In this document: piece after piece, positions 1 to 8,315 of the stretch
How positions within the stretch are numbered: the first letter of the stretch is position 1
How the letters are laid out: every line of letters starts with the position of its first letter
Origin: Burkholderiales bacterium
Lineage (GTDB): Bacteria; Pseudomonadota; Gammaproteobacteria; Burkholderiales; SG8-39
Direction: 5' to 3'
Assembly: GCA_023383795.1 (NCBI GenBank)
Contig: JAHDYJ010000004.1
Span: forward strand, 22,603-86,602
Length of the DNA stretch: 64,000 bases
Position numbers and translations under genes: made by a program
Notes under the pieces: generated by a model
Seen by the model: the letters and a program-made list of their open reading frames with translations, nothing else
Told to the model about the DNA's origin: nothing
Databases searched by the model: none

Positions 1-280
1 GCACGGCGTCGACACGGAGGGCTACCACCGCTACGCGAACCGCCACGATCTCGTCGTGCTCGCGATCGGCATGGAGCCGAGCGTCAAGGGCGTCGACATC
101 CCGGCCGAGGTGGTCGCCGACTCGAGCGGCTTCATCGAGGCCGCGGCGGACGGCGCCGCCGTCTTCGGCGCCGGCTGCGCGACCAACGCGCTCGACGTGA
201 ACCGCTCGGTGCAGAACGCCACGGCGGCCGCGCTCCGCGCGATCCAGGTCGTCAACCGCGCCGCGCGCGCCGAGAGCTGA
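1..280 (+). CDS. qmoA: QmoA-like flavoprotein, C-terminal fragment (gene begins upstream of window)
   Basis: Frame 2 is open from the window edge to TGA at 278-280, 12 nt before the qmoB start. The tail ...GAGCATNALDVNRSVQNATAAALRAIQ resembles HdrA/QmoA-type FAD protein C-termini. The call rests mainly on synteny with qmoB. Confidence 0.6.
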   Translation, partial: HGVDTEGYHRYANRHDLVVLAIGMEPSVKGVDIPAEVVADSSGFIEAAADGAAVFGAGCATNALDVNRSVQNATAAALRAIQVVNRAARAES

Positions 281-292
281 AGGGGACCGTCA

Positions 293-2521
293 ATGGCGGA
301 GATGAAGACCGCTGCCTACGTCTGCCAGGGGTGCGGGCTCGGCGAGCGTCTTGCGACGCAGCAGCTCGCGCAGGTGGCGCAGAAGGAGGGCAAGATGGCC
401 CTCGTGCGCGAGCACCCGTTCCTCTGCTCCGAGGCCGGCGTGCAGACGATCCGCGACGATATCGAGAAGGAGGGCGTCACGCACATCGCGATCGCGGCCT
501 GCTCGCGCCGCGCCAAGACCGAGGCGTTCCACTTCCCCGCCGTCGCCGTGTCGCGCGCGAACCTGCGCGAAGGCGTGATCTGGTCGCAGCCGGACACCGA
601 GGCGGCGCGCGAGACCACCCAGGAGATGGCCGACGACTACGTGCGCATGGCCTGCGCCGAGGTGAAGAGGATGAAGGCGCCCGCCGGCAACCCGGACGTG
701 GCGAGGAACACGCGGCTCCTGGTCGTGGGCGGCGGCATCTCGGGCATGACCGCCGCCCTCGAGGCGTCCAAGGCAGGCTACCCCGTGACGATCGTCGAGA
801 GGGCCGCCGCCCTCGGCGGGTGGGCGGCGAAGCTGTGGAAGCGCACCCCGGCGCACGAGCCGTTCCAGGCGCCCGCCGAGACCGGCGTCGCGGCCATGAT
901 CGAAGCGGTGCGCGCCGACCCGAACATCGAGGTGCGCCTCTCCTCGACGGTCGCGCGCACGAGCGGCGCGCCCGGCCGCTTCAGCGTCGAGATCGCCGCC
1001 GAATCCGGCGGCGCCGCGACCGAGGAGTTCGGCGCCATCGTGCAGGCCTCCGGGTTCTCGCTCTACGACGCGTCGAAGCTCCCCGAGCTCGGCTTCGGCA
1101 AGAGCCCGAACGTCGTCGACCAGGCCGGCCTGGAGCGGCTCGCGCGCGAGGCGGCGGCGGGCAACGCGCCGATCCGCCGCCCGTCCGACGGCGGCGAGGT
1201 GAAGACCGTCGTGTTCGTGCAGTGCGCCGGCCAGCGCGACGCGAGCGGCACGCACCTGCCCTACTGCTCCGGGCATTGCTGCGCCACCTCGATCAAGCAG
1301 GCGATGTACTTCAAGGACGCGAACCCCGCGGTCGACACGGCGGTGCTCTACACGGACCTGCGCGTGCCGGGGAACGGCGAGGACTTCTACCGCAGCGGCC
1401 AGTCGAAGGGCGTCGTCTTCACGAAGGGAAGCGTGCGCGCGGTCGAGCCCGCGGGCAACGCGTGCACGGTGCGCTTCCGCGACCTGATCCTCGACGAGGA
1501 CGCGGCGATCGAGAACGCCGATCTGGTCGTGCTCGCGACCGGCCAGGTGCCGAACTCGGGCGTCGACATCGAGAAAGTCGCCCAGAACGAGCCGGGGGAG
1601 TGGCAGTCGGACGCGAGCTCGGTGCTCAACCTCGCCTACCGCCAGGGCAAGGACCTGCCGCTCTTGCGGCACGGCTTCAGCGACTCGCACTTCATCTGCT
1701 TCCCGTACGAGACGCGCCGGACGGGGATCTATACCGCCGGCCCGGTGCGCCGGCCGATGGACATCGCGCAGGCGGTCGAGGACGCGACCGGCGCCGCGCT
1801 GAAGGCGATCCAGGCCGCCGAGAACGCCGCGCTCGGCCGCGCCGCGCACCCGCGCTCGGGCGACCTCTCCTTCCCGACGGTGCGCCTCGACGGCTGCACG
1901 CAGTGCAAGCGCTGCACGGTCGAGTGCCCGTTCGGCGCGATCGACGAGGACGAAAAGCGCTACCCGGTGTTCAACGAGAGCCGCTGCCGGCGCTGCGGCA
2001 CGTGCATGGGCGCCTGCCCGGTGCGGGTGATCTCGTTCGAGAACTACTCGGTCGACACCGTCGGCGCGCAGCTGAAGGCGGTGGACGTCCCGGACGAGTT
2101 CTCCGAGAAGCCGCGCATCCTGGTGCTCGCCTGCGAGAACGACGCCTACCCGGCGCTCGACATGGCCGGCATGGCGCGGCGCACCTACAGCGCCTTCGTG
2201 CGCATCATCCCGGTGCGCTGCCTCGGCTCGGTCAACACGATCTGGGTGTCGGACGCGCTGAACAGCGGCTACGACGGCGTGATGCTGATGGGCTGCAAGC
2301 ACGGCGACGACTACCAGTGCCACTTCGTCAAGGGCTCGGAGCTCGCCAACTACCGGATGAGCAAGATCGACGACACGCTGAAGCAGATGGCGCTCGAGAC
2401 CGAGCGCGTCGCGACCTACGAGGTCGCCATCACCGACATCGAGCGCGTGCCGCGGCTGATCGACGAGTACGCCGCGAAGATCGCCGAGATCGGGATGTCG
2501 CCGCTGAAGGGCTTCGCGTAA
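293..2521 (+). CDS. qmoB: QmoB (HdrA-like FAD/FeS protein with C-terminal MvhD-like domain)
   Basis: 742-aa ORF. Dinucleotide fold VVGGGISGMTAAL. 2x[4Fe-4S] ferredoxin motifs CTQCKRCTVECP and CRRCGTCMGACP. MvhD-like tail ILVLACENDAYPALD...GCKHGDDYQCHF. Confidence 0.9.
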   Translation: MAEMKTAAYVCQGCGLGERLATQQLAQVAQKEGKMALVREHPFLCSEAGVQTIRDDIEKEGVTHIAIAACSRRAKTEAFHFPAVAVSRANLREGVIWSQPDTEAARETTQEMADDYVRMACAEVKRMKAPAGNPDVARNTRLLVVGGGISGMTAALEASKAGYPVTIVERAAALGGWAAKLWKRTPAHEPFQAPAETGVAAMIEAVRADPNIEVRLSSTVARTSGAPGRFSVEIAAESGGAATEEFGAIVQASGFSLYDASKLPELGFGKSPNVVDQAGLERLAREAAAGNAPIRRPSDGGEVKTVVFVQCAGQRDASGTHLPYCSGHCCATSIKQAMYFKDANPAVDTAVLYTDLRVPGNGEDFYRSGQSKGVVFTKGSVRAVEPAGNACTVRFRDLILDEDAAIENADLVVLATGQVPNSGVDIEKVAQNEPGEWQSDASSVLNLAYRQGKDLPLLRHGFSDSHFICFPYETRRTGIYTAGPVRRPMDIAQAVEDATGAALKAIQAAENAALGRAAHPRSGDLSFPTVRLDGCTQCKRCTVECPFGAIDEDEKRYPVFNESRCRRCGTCMGACPVRVISFENYSVDTVGAQLKAVDVPDEFSEKPRILVLACENDAYPALDMAGMARRTYSAFVRIIPVRCLGSVNTIWVSDALNSGYDGVMLMGCKHGDDYQCHFVKGSELANYRMSKIDDTLKQMALETERVATYEVAITDIERVPRLIDEYAAKIAEIGMSPLKGFA

Positions 2522-2612
2522 CGGGTGACGGGTGATGGGTGATGGATGACCGACGACGGGAGTGACGGGCGCGCGACCGCGCGCCCGCCATCACCCTTCG
2601 CGCATCACCCGT
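2521..2612. repeat. Heptamer-repeat nested hairpin element (GGGTGAT class), copy A
   Basis: Left arm ACGGGTGACGGGTGATGGGTGATGG (2521-2545). Right arm CCATCACCCTTCGCGCATCACCCGT (2588-2612) is its imperfect reverse complement. An inner perfect 8-bp hairpin GGGCGCGC-gacc-GCGCGCCC lies at 2567-2586. Confidence 0.8.
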
Positions 2613-2631
2613 TGCCCGCGGAGCGAATGGA

Positions 2632-3255
2632 ATGAGCGAGCTGAACGAGCAGGCCCTCGCGAAGTACCGCAACAGCTTCCTGCGCGAGGTCGAGGAGCGG
2701 GTCGACGAGGGCGAGTGGGTCAAGATGTGCATGCAGTGCGGCGTGTGCGCGGGCTCGTGCCCGTTCGGCCCGCACTGGGAGCACTCGCCGCAGAAGATCT
2801 TCATGATGATCCGCGCCGGCAAGCGCGAGGAGGTGCTCGCGTCCGACTCGATGTGGATGTGCACCTCCTGCTACAACTGCGTCGTGCGCTGCCCGCGCAA
2901 GCTGCCGATCACGACCATCATGCACGGGCTCGCGACCTACGCCCACCGGCTCGGGCTCGCGCCGAAGAACCAGCCGACGCGCGACTTCTCGGTGATCTTC
3001 TGGGAGAACTTCACCCGCAACGGGCGTGCGAACGAGATCCGGCTGATGCTCCGGCTCTGGTTCAAGGACGGCATCGGCGCCGGCATCAGGAAGGCGCTCG
3101 CGATGAAGGACGTCGGCCTCGGCATGCTGCGCGCGAAGCGCATGAGCCCGCTCGAGATCTTCGGCGGGCACGGCGTCAAGGACGTCAAGGGCTTCCAGGC
3201 GATGATCAGGAAGGCACAGGAGATCGAGGACCGCAAGCGCGGGTTCTCGAAGTAG
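2632..3255 (+). CDS. hdrC: HdrC-like 4Fe-4S dicluster subunit (soluble, no membrane domain)
   Basis: 207 aa. Motifs CMQCGVCAGSCP and CTSCYNCVVRCP. GGAG lies 8 nt upstream of the ATG. No hydrophobic haem-b (QmoC/HdrE-like) segment is visible. Confidence 0.85.
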   Translation: MSELNEQALAKYRNSFLREVEERVDEGEWVKMCMQCGVCAGSCPFGPHWEHSPQKIFMMIRAGKREEVLASDSMWMCTSCYNCVVRCPRKLPITTIMHGLATYAHRLGLAPKNQPTRDFSVIFWENFTRNGRANEIRLMLRLWFKDGIGAGIRKALAMKDVGLGMLRAKRMSPLEIFGGHGVKDVKGFQAMIRKAQEIEDRKRGFSK

Positions 3256-3272
3256 CCCGGGGAGACACGGTC

Positions 3273-4184
3273 ATGGCGAAGAAGGAATACGCGTTCTACC
3301 CCGGCTGCACCTCGCACTACCGCGGCTCGGCGTCGAACTACCTGGTCTCGGTCGAGTCGATGTGCAAGACGCTCGACGTCAAGCTCACGCAGATCCCCGA
3401 CTGGAACTGCTGCGGCGCCTCGGTGAGCTACGCCGGCTCGGGCGAGCTCGCGCGCCACGTGATCAACGCGCGCAACTTCGCGCTCGCCGAGCAGAGCCTG
3501 CCCGGCCAGGACATAGTCGCCACCTGCGCCGCGTGCTGGCTGAACGCGCGCGAGAGCAAGGAGAAGCTCGACGCGAGCGCCGAGCTCCTCGCCGACACGA
3601 ACGAGGCGCTGAAGGAGGCGGGGCTGCGCTACCAGGGCGTGGCGAGCGTGCGCCACATGGTCGAGGTCCTGATCGAGGACCTCGGCTACGGGGAGATCGG
3701 CAGCCACGTCGTGAAACCGCTCGAGGGCGTGAGGTTCGCCGGCTACGTCGGCTGCCAGACCAACCGCCCGTTCGGCATCGCCGGCGAGTCGTTCGAGAAC
3801 CCCGTGTACCTCGACAAGCTCGTCGAGACGATGGGCGGCGAGGCGGTCACCGACTACGACCAGAAGGTGACCTGCTGCGGCGGCGCGCTCGCGGTCTCCG
3901 AGCCCGAGAAGAGCCAGGCGCAGATCAAGGACATCGTCGAGAGCGCCTACGATCACGGCGCCGACATGATCGTGACGCCCTGCCCGCTCTGCCAGGCGAA
4001 CGTCGAGATCTATCAGGCCGACGTCAACAAGCGCTACGGCACCAAGTTCAACATCCCGGTGACCTACTACAGCCAGCTGATGACCGTCGCCTACGGCGGC
4101 ACGGCCAAGGAGGCCGCGCTCGACGGCCAGATCATCCGCGCGACGAAGCTCGAAGAGATCGCCGCGAAGCCGGTGAAGAAGTAA
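3273..4184 (+). CDS. hdrB: HdrB-like subunit with two CCG (cysteine-rich) domains
   Basis: Internal ATG preceded by GGAGA. YAFYPGCTS...DWNCCGA and FAGYVGCQTNRP...KVTCCGGA...PCPLCQ are typical duplicated CCG domains. Confidence 0.85.
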   Translation: MAKKEYAFYPGCTSHYRGSASNYLVSVESMCKTLDVKLTQIPDWNCCGASVSYAGSGELARHVINARNFALAEQSLPGQDIVATCAACWLNARESKEKLDASAELLADTNEALKEAGLRYQGVASVRHMVEVLIEDLGYGEIGSHVVKPLEGVRFAGYVGCQTNRPFGIAGESFENPVYLDKLVETMGGEAVTDYDQKVTCCGGALAVSEPEKSQAQIKDIVESAYDHGADMIVTPCPLCQANVEIYQADVNKRYGTKFNIPVTYYSQLMTVAYGGTAKEAALDGQIIRATKLEEIAAKPVKK

Positions 4185-4305
4185 CTCGCATCCGGTCGTT
4201 CGCGCGCATCCTTTATGGATGCATACGGGAATGCTATCGCTGCGGACTGGCTCACGAGTCCGGAGGTGTGGCAGACTCGCCCGCGCACCCAGGAGGGGGA
4301 GAGTG

Positions 4306-4761
4306 ATGGGCAAGCTCGCTGAGCGCTTGTCGGACGCGGAGCGCTCGGGCGTCTACCGCGTGGAAACGACCGAGGCGCTCGAGGAGGCCGCGGTGCTGAA
4401 CGGTTTTCCGCTCGTGCGCGTCGCGCTCGACGGCGCAGCGGACGACGAGCTGTGCGCGCTCTGCGCGCGGGTGTTGACACCGGGACTGGACGGCAGCTGG
4501 CGTGGGCTCGCCGCGGCGCTCGCCGATCCCGGCTGGAGCCTGGCACCCGGTCATGTCCTGCTGTTCAGCGGTTTCGAAACGCTCGCGCGCGCCGCGCCGC
4601 GCGCGCTCGATCCGCTGCTCGACGCGCTGCGATCGGTCGCCGCGGGGCGCCGCGCCCGCGGCCAGCCGTTCTTCGCGGCATTCCTGGACCGGGCGGGAAG
4701 CCTGCCGCTCGGTCCACTGTACAATTGGCACCGGCAATCGAAGTCACAACAATCCGTTTAG
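4306..4761 (+). CDS. Hypothetical cytoplasmic protein, possibly barstar-fold family
   Basis: ATG preceded by GGAGGGGGAG. The segment LDGSWRGLAAALADPGWSLAPGHVLLF...LDPLLDALRSV resembles the barstar-family NwDAL.D.L.dl.w...vl pattern. The functional call is weak. Confidence 0.45.
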   Translation: MGKLAERLSDAERSGVYRVETTEALEEAAVLNGFPLVRVALDGAADDELCALCARVLTPGLDGSWRGLAAALADPGWSLAPGHVLLFSGFETLARAAPRALDPLLDALRSVAAGRRARGQPFFAAFLDRAGSLPLGPLYNWHRQSKSQQSV

Positions 4762-4795
4762 AGACCAACAACTAGCCACCCAGAGGAGCCACGTC

Positions 4796-6004
4796 ATGAA
4801 ACCAGATGCACCGAACATCGATCTCCATCGCCGCTGGCTGCTCGCCGCAGGCGCGGGCGGCGCCGCCGCCGGCCTGAGCGGCTTCAGCCCGGCGAGCCTC
4901 GCGCAGCAGGCTGCCACGAAGCCGCTTCCGCCCGTCGCGTCGTTCAAGGACGCGGACCGCGTAATCGTGCACAGCGCGAGCGGCGTCGAGACGCAGCGCA
5001 GCGCGTTCGGCACGAGCGGAATCACGGACCTGGACATCCTCTTCCTGCGCAACAACCTCGGGGCCCCCAACGCCTCGATCGTGGCAAATCCCGACGCCTG
5101 GCAGGTGGACATCCAGGGGGTCACCAGCCCGCGCACGCTCAGCGTCGCCGAGCTCAAGCGCATGGGGCTCGCCAGCGTCGCGATGGTGCTGCAGTGCTCG
5201 GGCAACGGCCGCGCCTTCTTCGGCCACAAGGCGAGCGGCTCGCAATGGAAGGTGGGCGCCGCGGGCAACACGCTGTGGAGCGGCGTGCGGGTGAAGGACG
5301 TGGTCACCGCGCTCGGCGGCGTGCGCGAGGGGATGCGCTACATGACCAGCACCGGCGGCGAGACCATCCCGCCCGGCGTCGAGCCGAAGAAGGTGATGGT
5401 CGAGCGCTCGGTCCCCTGGACCGCGATGGAAGAGGCGATCCTCGCCTGGGAGCTGAACGGCCGACCGATCCCGCTCGCGCACGGCGGCCCGCTGCGGCTC
5501 GTCATCCCGGGGTTCTACGGCGTCAACAACATCAAGTACGTGAAGCGCGTCGCGTTCACGACCGAGGAGACCGACGCGAACATCCAGGCCTCGGGCTACC
5601 GCGTGCGGGCGGTCGGCATGAAGGGCGCGCCCACCCAGCCGTCGATGTGGGAGATGAACCTGAAGTCGTTCGTCACCGGGCCCGCGGGCGATGCGCCGGT
5701 GCGGGCCGGCGACGTACAGATCCACGGCGTCGCGTTCTCCGGCGGCAGTCCCGTCGCCGGCGTCGAGGTCTCCCTCGATGGCGGCCGGTCGTGGCAGCCC
5801 GCGCAGTTCTTCGGGCCGGACCAGGGGCGCTACGCCTGGCGCCAGTTCGTCCTGTCGGCGAAGCTGCCGCCCGGCTCCTACGTGATCACGAGCCGGGCGA
5901 TCGCCGCCGACGGCTCGGTGCAGCCCGAGCTGCGCGTCGAGAACGAGCGCGGCTACGCCCACAACGGCTGGCGGGACCACGCGGTCAAAGTGACGGTCTC
6001 GTGA
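4796..6004 (+). CDS. sorA: Molybdopterin sulfite dehydrogenase/oxidase family protein (SorA-like), Tat-exported
   Basis: ATG preceded by GAGGAG. Tat-type leader HRRWLLAAGAGGAAAGL. Sulfite-oxidase family blocks MVLQCSGNGRAFF, GGPLRLVIPGFYGVNNIKYVKRV, and a C-terminal Ig-like dimerisation region. Confidence 0.8.
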   Translation: MKPDAPNIDLHRRWLLAAGAGGAAAGLSGFSPASLAQQAATKPLPPVASFKDADRVIVHSASGVETQRSAFGTSGITDLDILFLRNNLGAPNASIVANPDAWQVDIQGVTSPRTLSVAELKRMGLASVAMVLQCSGNGRAFFGHKASGSQWKVGAAGNTLWSGVRVKDVVTALGGVREGMRYMTSTGGETIPPGVEPKKVMVERSVPWTAMEEAILAWELNGRPIPLAHGGPLRLVIPGFYGVNNIKYVKRVAFTTEETDANIQASGYRVRAVGMKGAPTQPSMWEMNLKSFVTGPAGDAPVRAGDVQIHGVAFSGGSPVAGVEVSLDGGRSWQPAQFFGPDQGRYAWRQFVLSAKLPPGSYVITSRAIAADGSVQPELRVENERGYAHNGWRDHAVKVTVS

Positions 6005-6312
6005 GGGCAGTGCAGGCGGCAGGGCTCGCGCTCGCGCTCGCCCTGCCGCTCGCCGCGCGCGGCGACGACCTCGGCCGCAAGGTGTTCACGGAGACCGCGG
6101 AGCCGCCGTGCGCGCTCTGCCACACGCTGCAGGCGGCCGGCGCCGAGGGCACGATCGGCCCCTCGCTCGACGAGCTCAAGCCCGACAGGGACCGCATCGT
6201 GCAGGCGGTCCGCAAGGGCGTCGGCGTGATGCCGCCATTCGCGGACAAGCTGTCGGAGGCGGAGATCCAGGCGGTCGCGGCCTTCGTCGCGAAGGCCGTC
6301 GGCAATCGGTAG
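6001..6312 (+). CDS. sorB: Small monohaem cytochrome c (SorB-like electron acceptor)
   Basis: The GTG start overlaps the sorA stop (GTGA). Signal peptide present. A single CALCH haem motif plus downstream GVMPPF Met ligand region. Confidence 0.75.
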   Translation: MRAVQAAGLALALALPLAARGDDLGRKVFTETAEPPCALCHTLQAAGAEGTIGPSLDELKPDRDRIVQAVRKGVGVMPPFADKLSEAEIQAVAAFVAKAVGNR

Positions 6313-6621
6313 ACGGGCACCGCTGCCGAACGACCTTCGGGGATTGCGGTCGCGTGGGCCCCGGCGGGTGCGCAACGCCACGGCGCGAAGCGATCGGCTC
6401 CTGCTCGGGCAGCGATCGCGCCGGCGTTGCCGTCTAATCCTCTGATTTGAAGGAAGAAGCCGCGGAGGGCTCGACGCCGACCGGCGCCCTGCGTCGCACC
6501 GCCGCGACGCGCCGATGGAATGCCTAAGCCGGCGGCAGTTCGCCCGGGTGCCGGCGCAAAAACCCCCAGCCGCATGGCGGTAACCCGGTAACATCCGGCC
6601 GAGAACAAGCGGAGCCAGGGA

Positions 6622-7533
6622 GTGCGCGAGACCAAGGACTACGCGGTGGCGTTCGCCGACATCGCTGCGAGCACGCGCATCTACCGCGAGCTCGGCGACC
6701 AGGCTGCGCGCCAGCTCACCCAGGCCTACTGCGGCCGGGTCCTGGCGCTCCTGCCGCGCTTCGAGGGCCGCCTGGTCAAGACGCTCGGCGACGGCGTGAT
6801 GTGCGTCTTCCCCGAGCCCGAGAACGCGGTGCTCGCGATGAGCGCGCTGCACGCCGAGATGGCGGCGCAGCCGCTGCAGGGCCAGACGATCCGGCTGCAC
6901 TCGGGCGTGAACGTGGGCCCGGTCATCCTCGAGGGCACCGACGTCTACGGCACCATCGTGAACGTCGCGGCCTACCTGGCGGCCACGGCGCGCGCCGAGC
7001 AGATCCTCACGACGCAGGCGGTGGTCGACCGGCTCTCGCCCACCACCGCGAGCTGCGCCCGCGCGATCTACAGCACGAAGCTGAAGGGCGACCAGGACGA
7101 GTCGACGATCTACGAGATCATCTGGCAGACCGACCGCGCCGGGATCACCGACCTCAACCTCGGCCCGCGGCAGCTGCCGGCCGACGAGGGGGCGCTGCTC
7201 TTGTCCACCGGCACCACTACGCTGCGGGTGGATCCGGGCCGCATGCGGGTGCTGCTCGGCCGCGACGCCTCGAACGACATCGCGATCCTCGACCAGCTCA
7301 CCTCGCGCAACCACGCGACGATCGAGTTCGATCGCATGCGCTTCCGGCTGGTCGACCACAGCGCCAACGGGACCTTCGTCTCGTTCGCCGGCACGCCGGG
7401 CGAGGTGCACGTGCTGCGCGGCGAGACCCAGCTCTACGGCTCCGGGCGCATCAGCCTCGGGCGCTCGCTCGGCGACCCGCAGGCGCAGCCGATCGCCTTC
7501 CGGCGCGACCAGCGCGCGCTCTATCGCGTGTAG
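6622..7533 (+). CDS. Class III adenylate/guanylate cyclase domain fused to C-terminal FHA domain
   Basis: N-terminal AVAFADIAAST...VKTLGDGVMCVF...GVNVGPV cyclase motifs. C-terminal LLGRDASNDIAILDQLTSRNHATIEF...LVDHSANGTFV FHA signature. Confidence 0.85.
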   Translation: MRETKDYAVAFADIAASTRIYRELGDQAARQLTQAYCGRVLALLPRFEGRLVKTLGDGVMCVFPEPENAVLAMSALHAEMAAQPLQGQTIRLHSGVNVGPVILEGTDVYGTIVNVAAYLAATARAEQILTTQAVVDRLSPTTASCARAIYSTKLKGDQDESTIYEIIWQTDRAGITDLNLGPRQLPADEGALLLSTGTTTLRVDPGRMRVLLGRDASNDIAILDQLTSRNHATIEFDRMRFRLVDHSANGTFVSFAGTPGEVHVLRGETQLYGSGRISLGRSLGDPQAQPIAFRRDQRALYRV

Positions 7534-7567
7534 CGACCCGGCGCGCCGCGCCCCGCCGCGACGATCG

Positions 7568-8209
7568 TCATCCGCCGACCGAGCGGAGCGCCGGCGCGTG
7601 GCCGAGCCGCTCGACGGCGTGCAGGAACGCCGCTTTCAGCTCCTCGTAGGTGTACGCGACCGGGAACTGCGGAAACTCGGCGACGACGTTCTGTGGCGGG
7701 TGGAACAGGATCCCGACGTCGGCCTCGCCGAGCATCGCGGTGTCGTTGTACGAGTCGCCCGCGGCGATGACGTGGAAGTTGAGCGCGCGCAGCGCGCGGA
7801 CCGACTCGCGCTTGTGGTGCGCCATGCGGATCCGGAGGTCGCGCACCCGGCCGCCGGCGTCGGTCACCAGGTTGTGGCAGAGCAGGACCGGGTGGCCGAG
7901 CTGGCGCATCAGCGGCGCCGCGAACTCGTAGAACGTGTCCGACAGGATGACCACCTGGAAGCGGTGGCGCAGCCACTCGAGGAACTCGCGCGCGCCCGGC
8001 AGCGGCCCCATCCCGGCGATCACGTCCTGGATATCGGGCAGGCCGAGGCGGTGGCGCTCGAGGATCGCGATCCGGCCGCGCATCAGCTTGTCGTAGTCGG
8101 GCTCGTCGCGCGTGGTCCGCGCGAGCTCGGGAATGCCCGTGCGGCGCGAGAACTCGATCCAGATCTCGGGCACGAGCACGCCCTCGAGGTCGAGACAGGC
8201 GATCTGCAA
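7568..8209 (-). CDS. thrH: Phosphoserine phosphatase / homoserine phosphotransferase ThrH (HAD family)
   Basis: (L)QIACLDLEGVLVPEIWIEF...VVILSDTFYEF..PLMRQLG.P.LLCH...AAGDSYNDT.ML is near-colinear with Pseudomonas ThrH as I remember it. TTG start at 8209 with GGGAGG upstream. The upstream part of the track ORF (to 8356) is Arg-rich non-coding. Confidence 0.85.
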   Translation of the reverse strand: MQIACLDLEGVLVPEIWIEFSRRTGIPELARTTRDEPDYDKLMRGRIAILERHRLGLPDIQDVIAGMGPLPGAREFLEWLRHRFQVVILSDTFYEFAAPLMRQLGHPVLLCHNLVTDAGGRVRDLRIRMAHHKRESVRALRALNFHVIAAGDSYNDTAMLGEADVGILFHPPQNVVAEFPQFPVAYTYEELKAAFLHAVERLGHAPALRSVGG

Positions 8210-8315
8210 TCTGGCCTCCCTGGCCGGACGACCGGCGACGGCCCGTATTCTCGGGGTTCGCCTGCGACGCGGCAAGGAAAAAGCGCCGCCGCCGGCGCCC
8301 GCCGCTTCCGGTCGG

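Noticed and set aside
290-2323. 677-aa ORF on the minus strand antisense to qmoB
   Set aside because: Extremely Arg/Ala/Gly-rich, with no recognisable motif. It exactly shadows a well-supported gene, which is the typical antisense open frame of very GC-rich DNA.
4185-4250. Small hairpin GCATCC-tttat-GGATGC after hdrB as a terminator
   Set aside because: The stem is only 6 bp with no U-tract, which is too weak to call. The downstream genes may well be co-transcribed.
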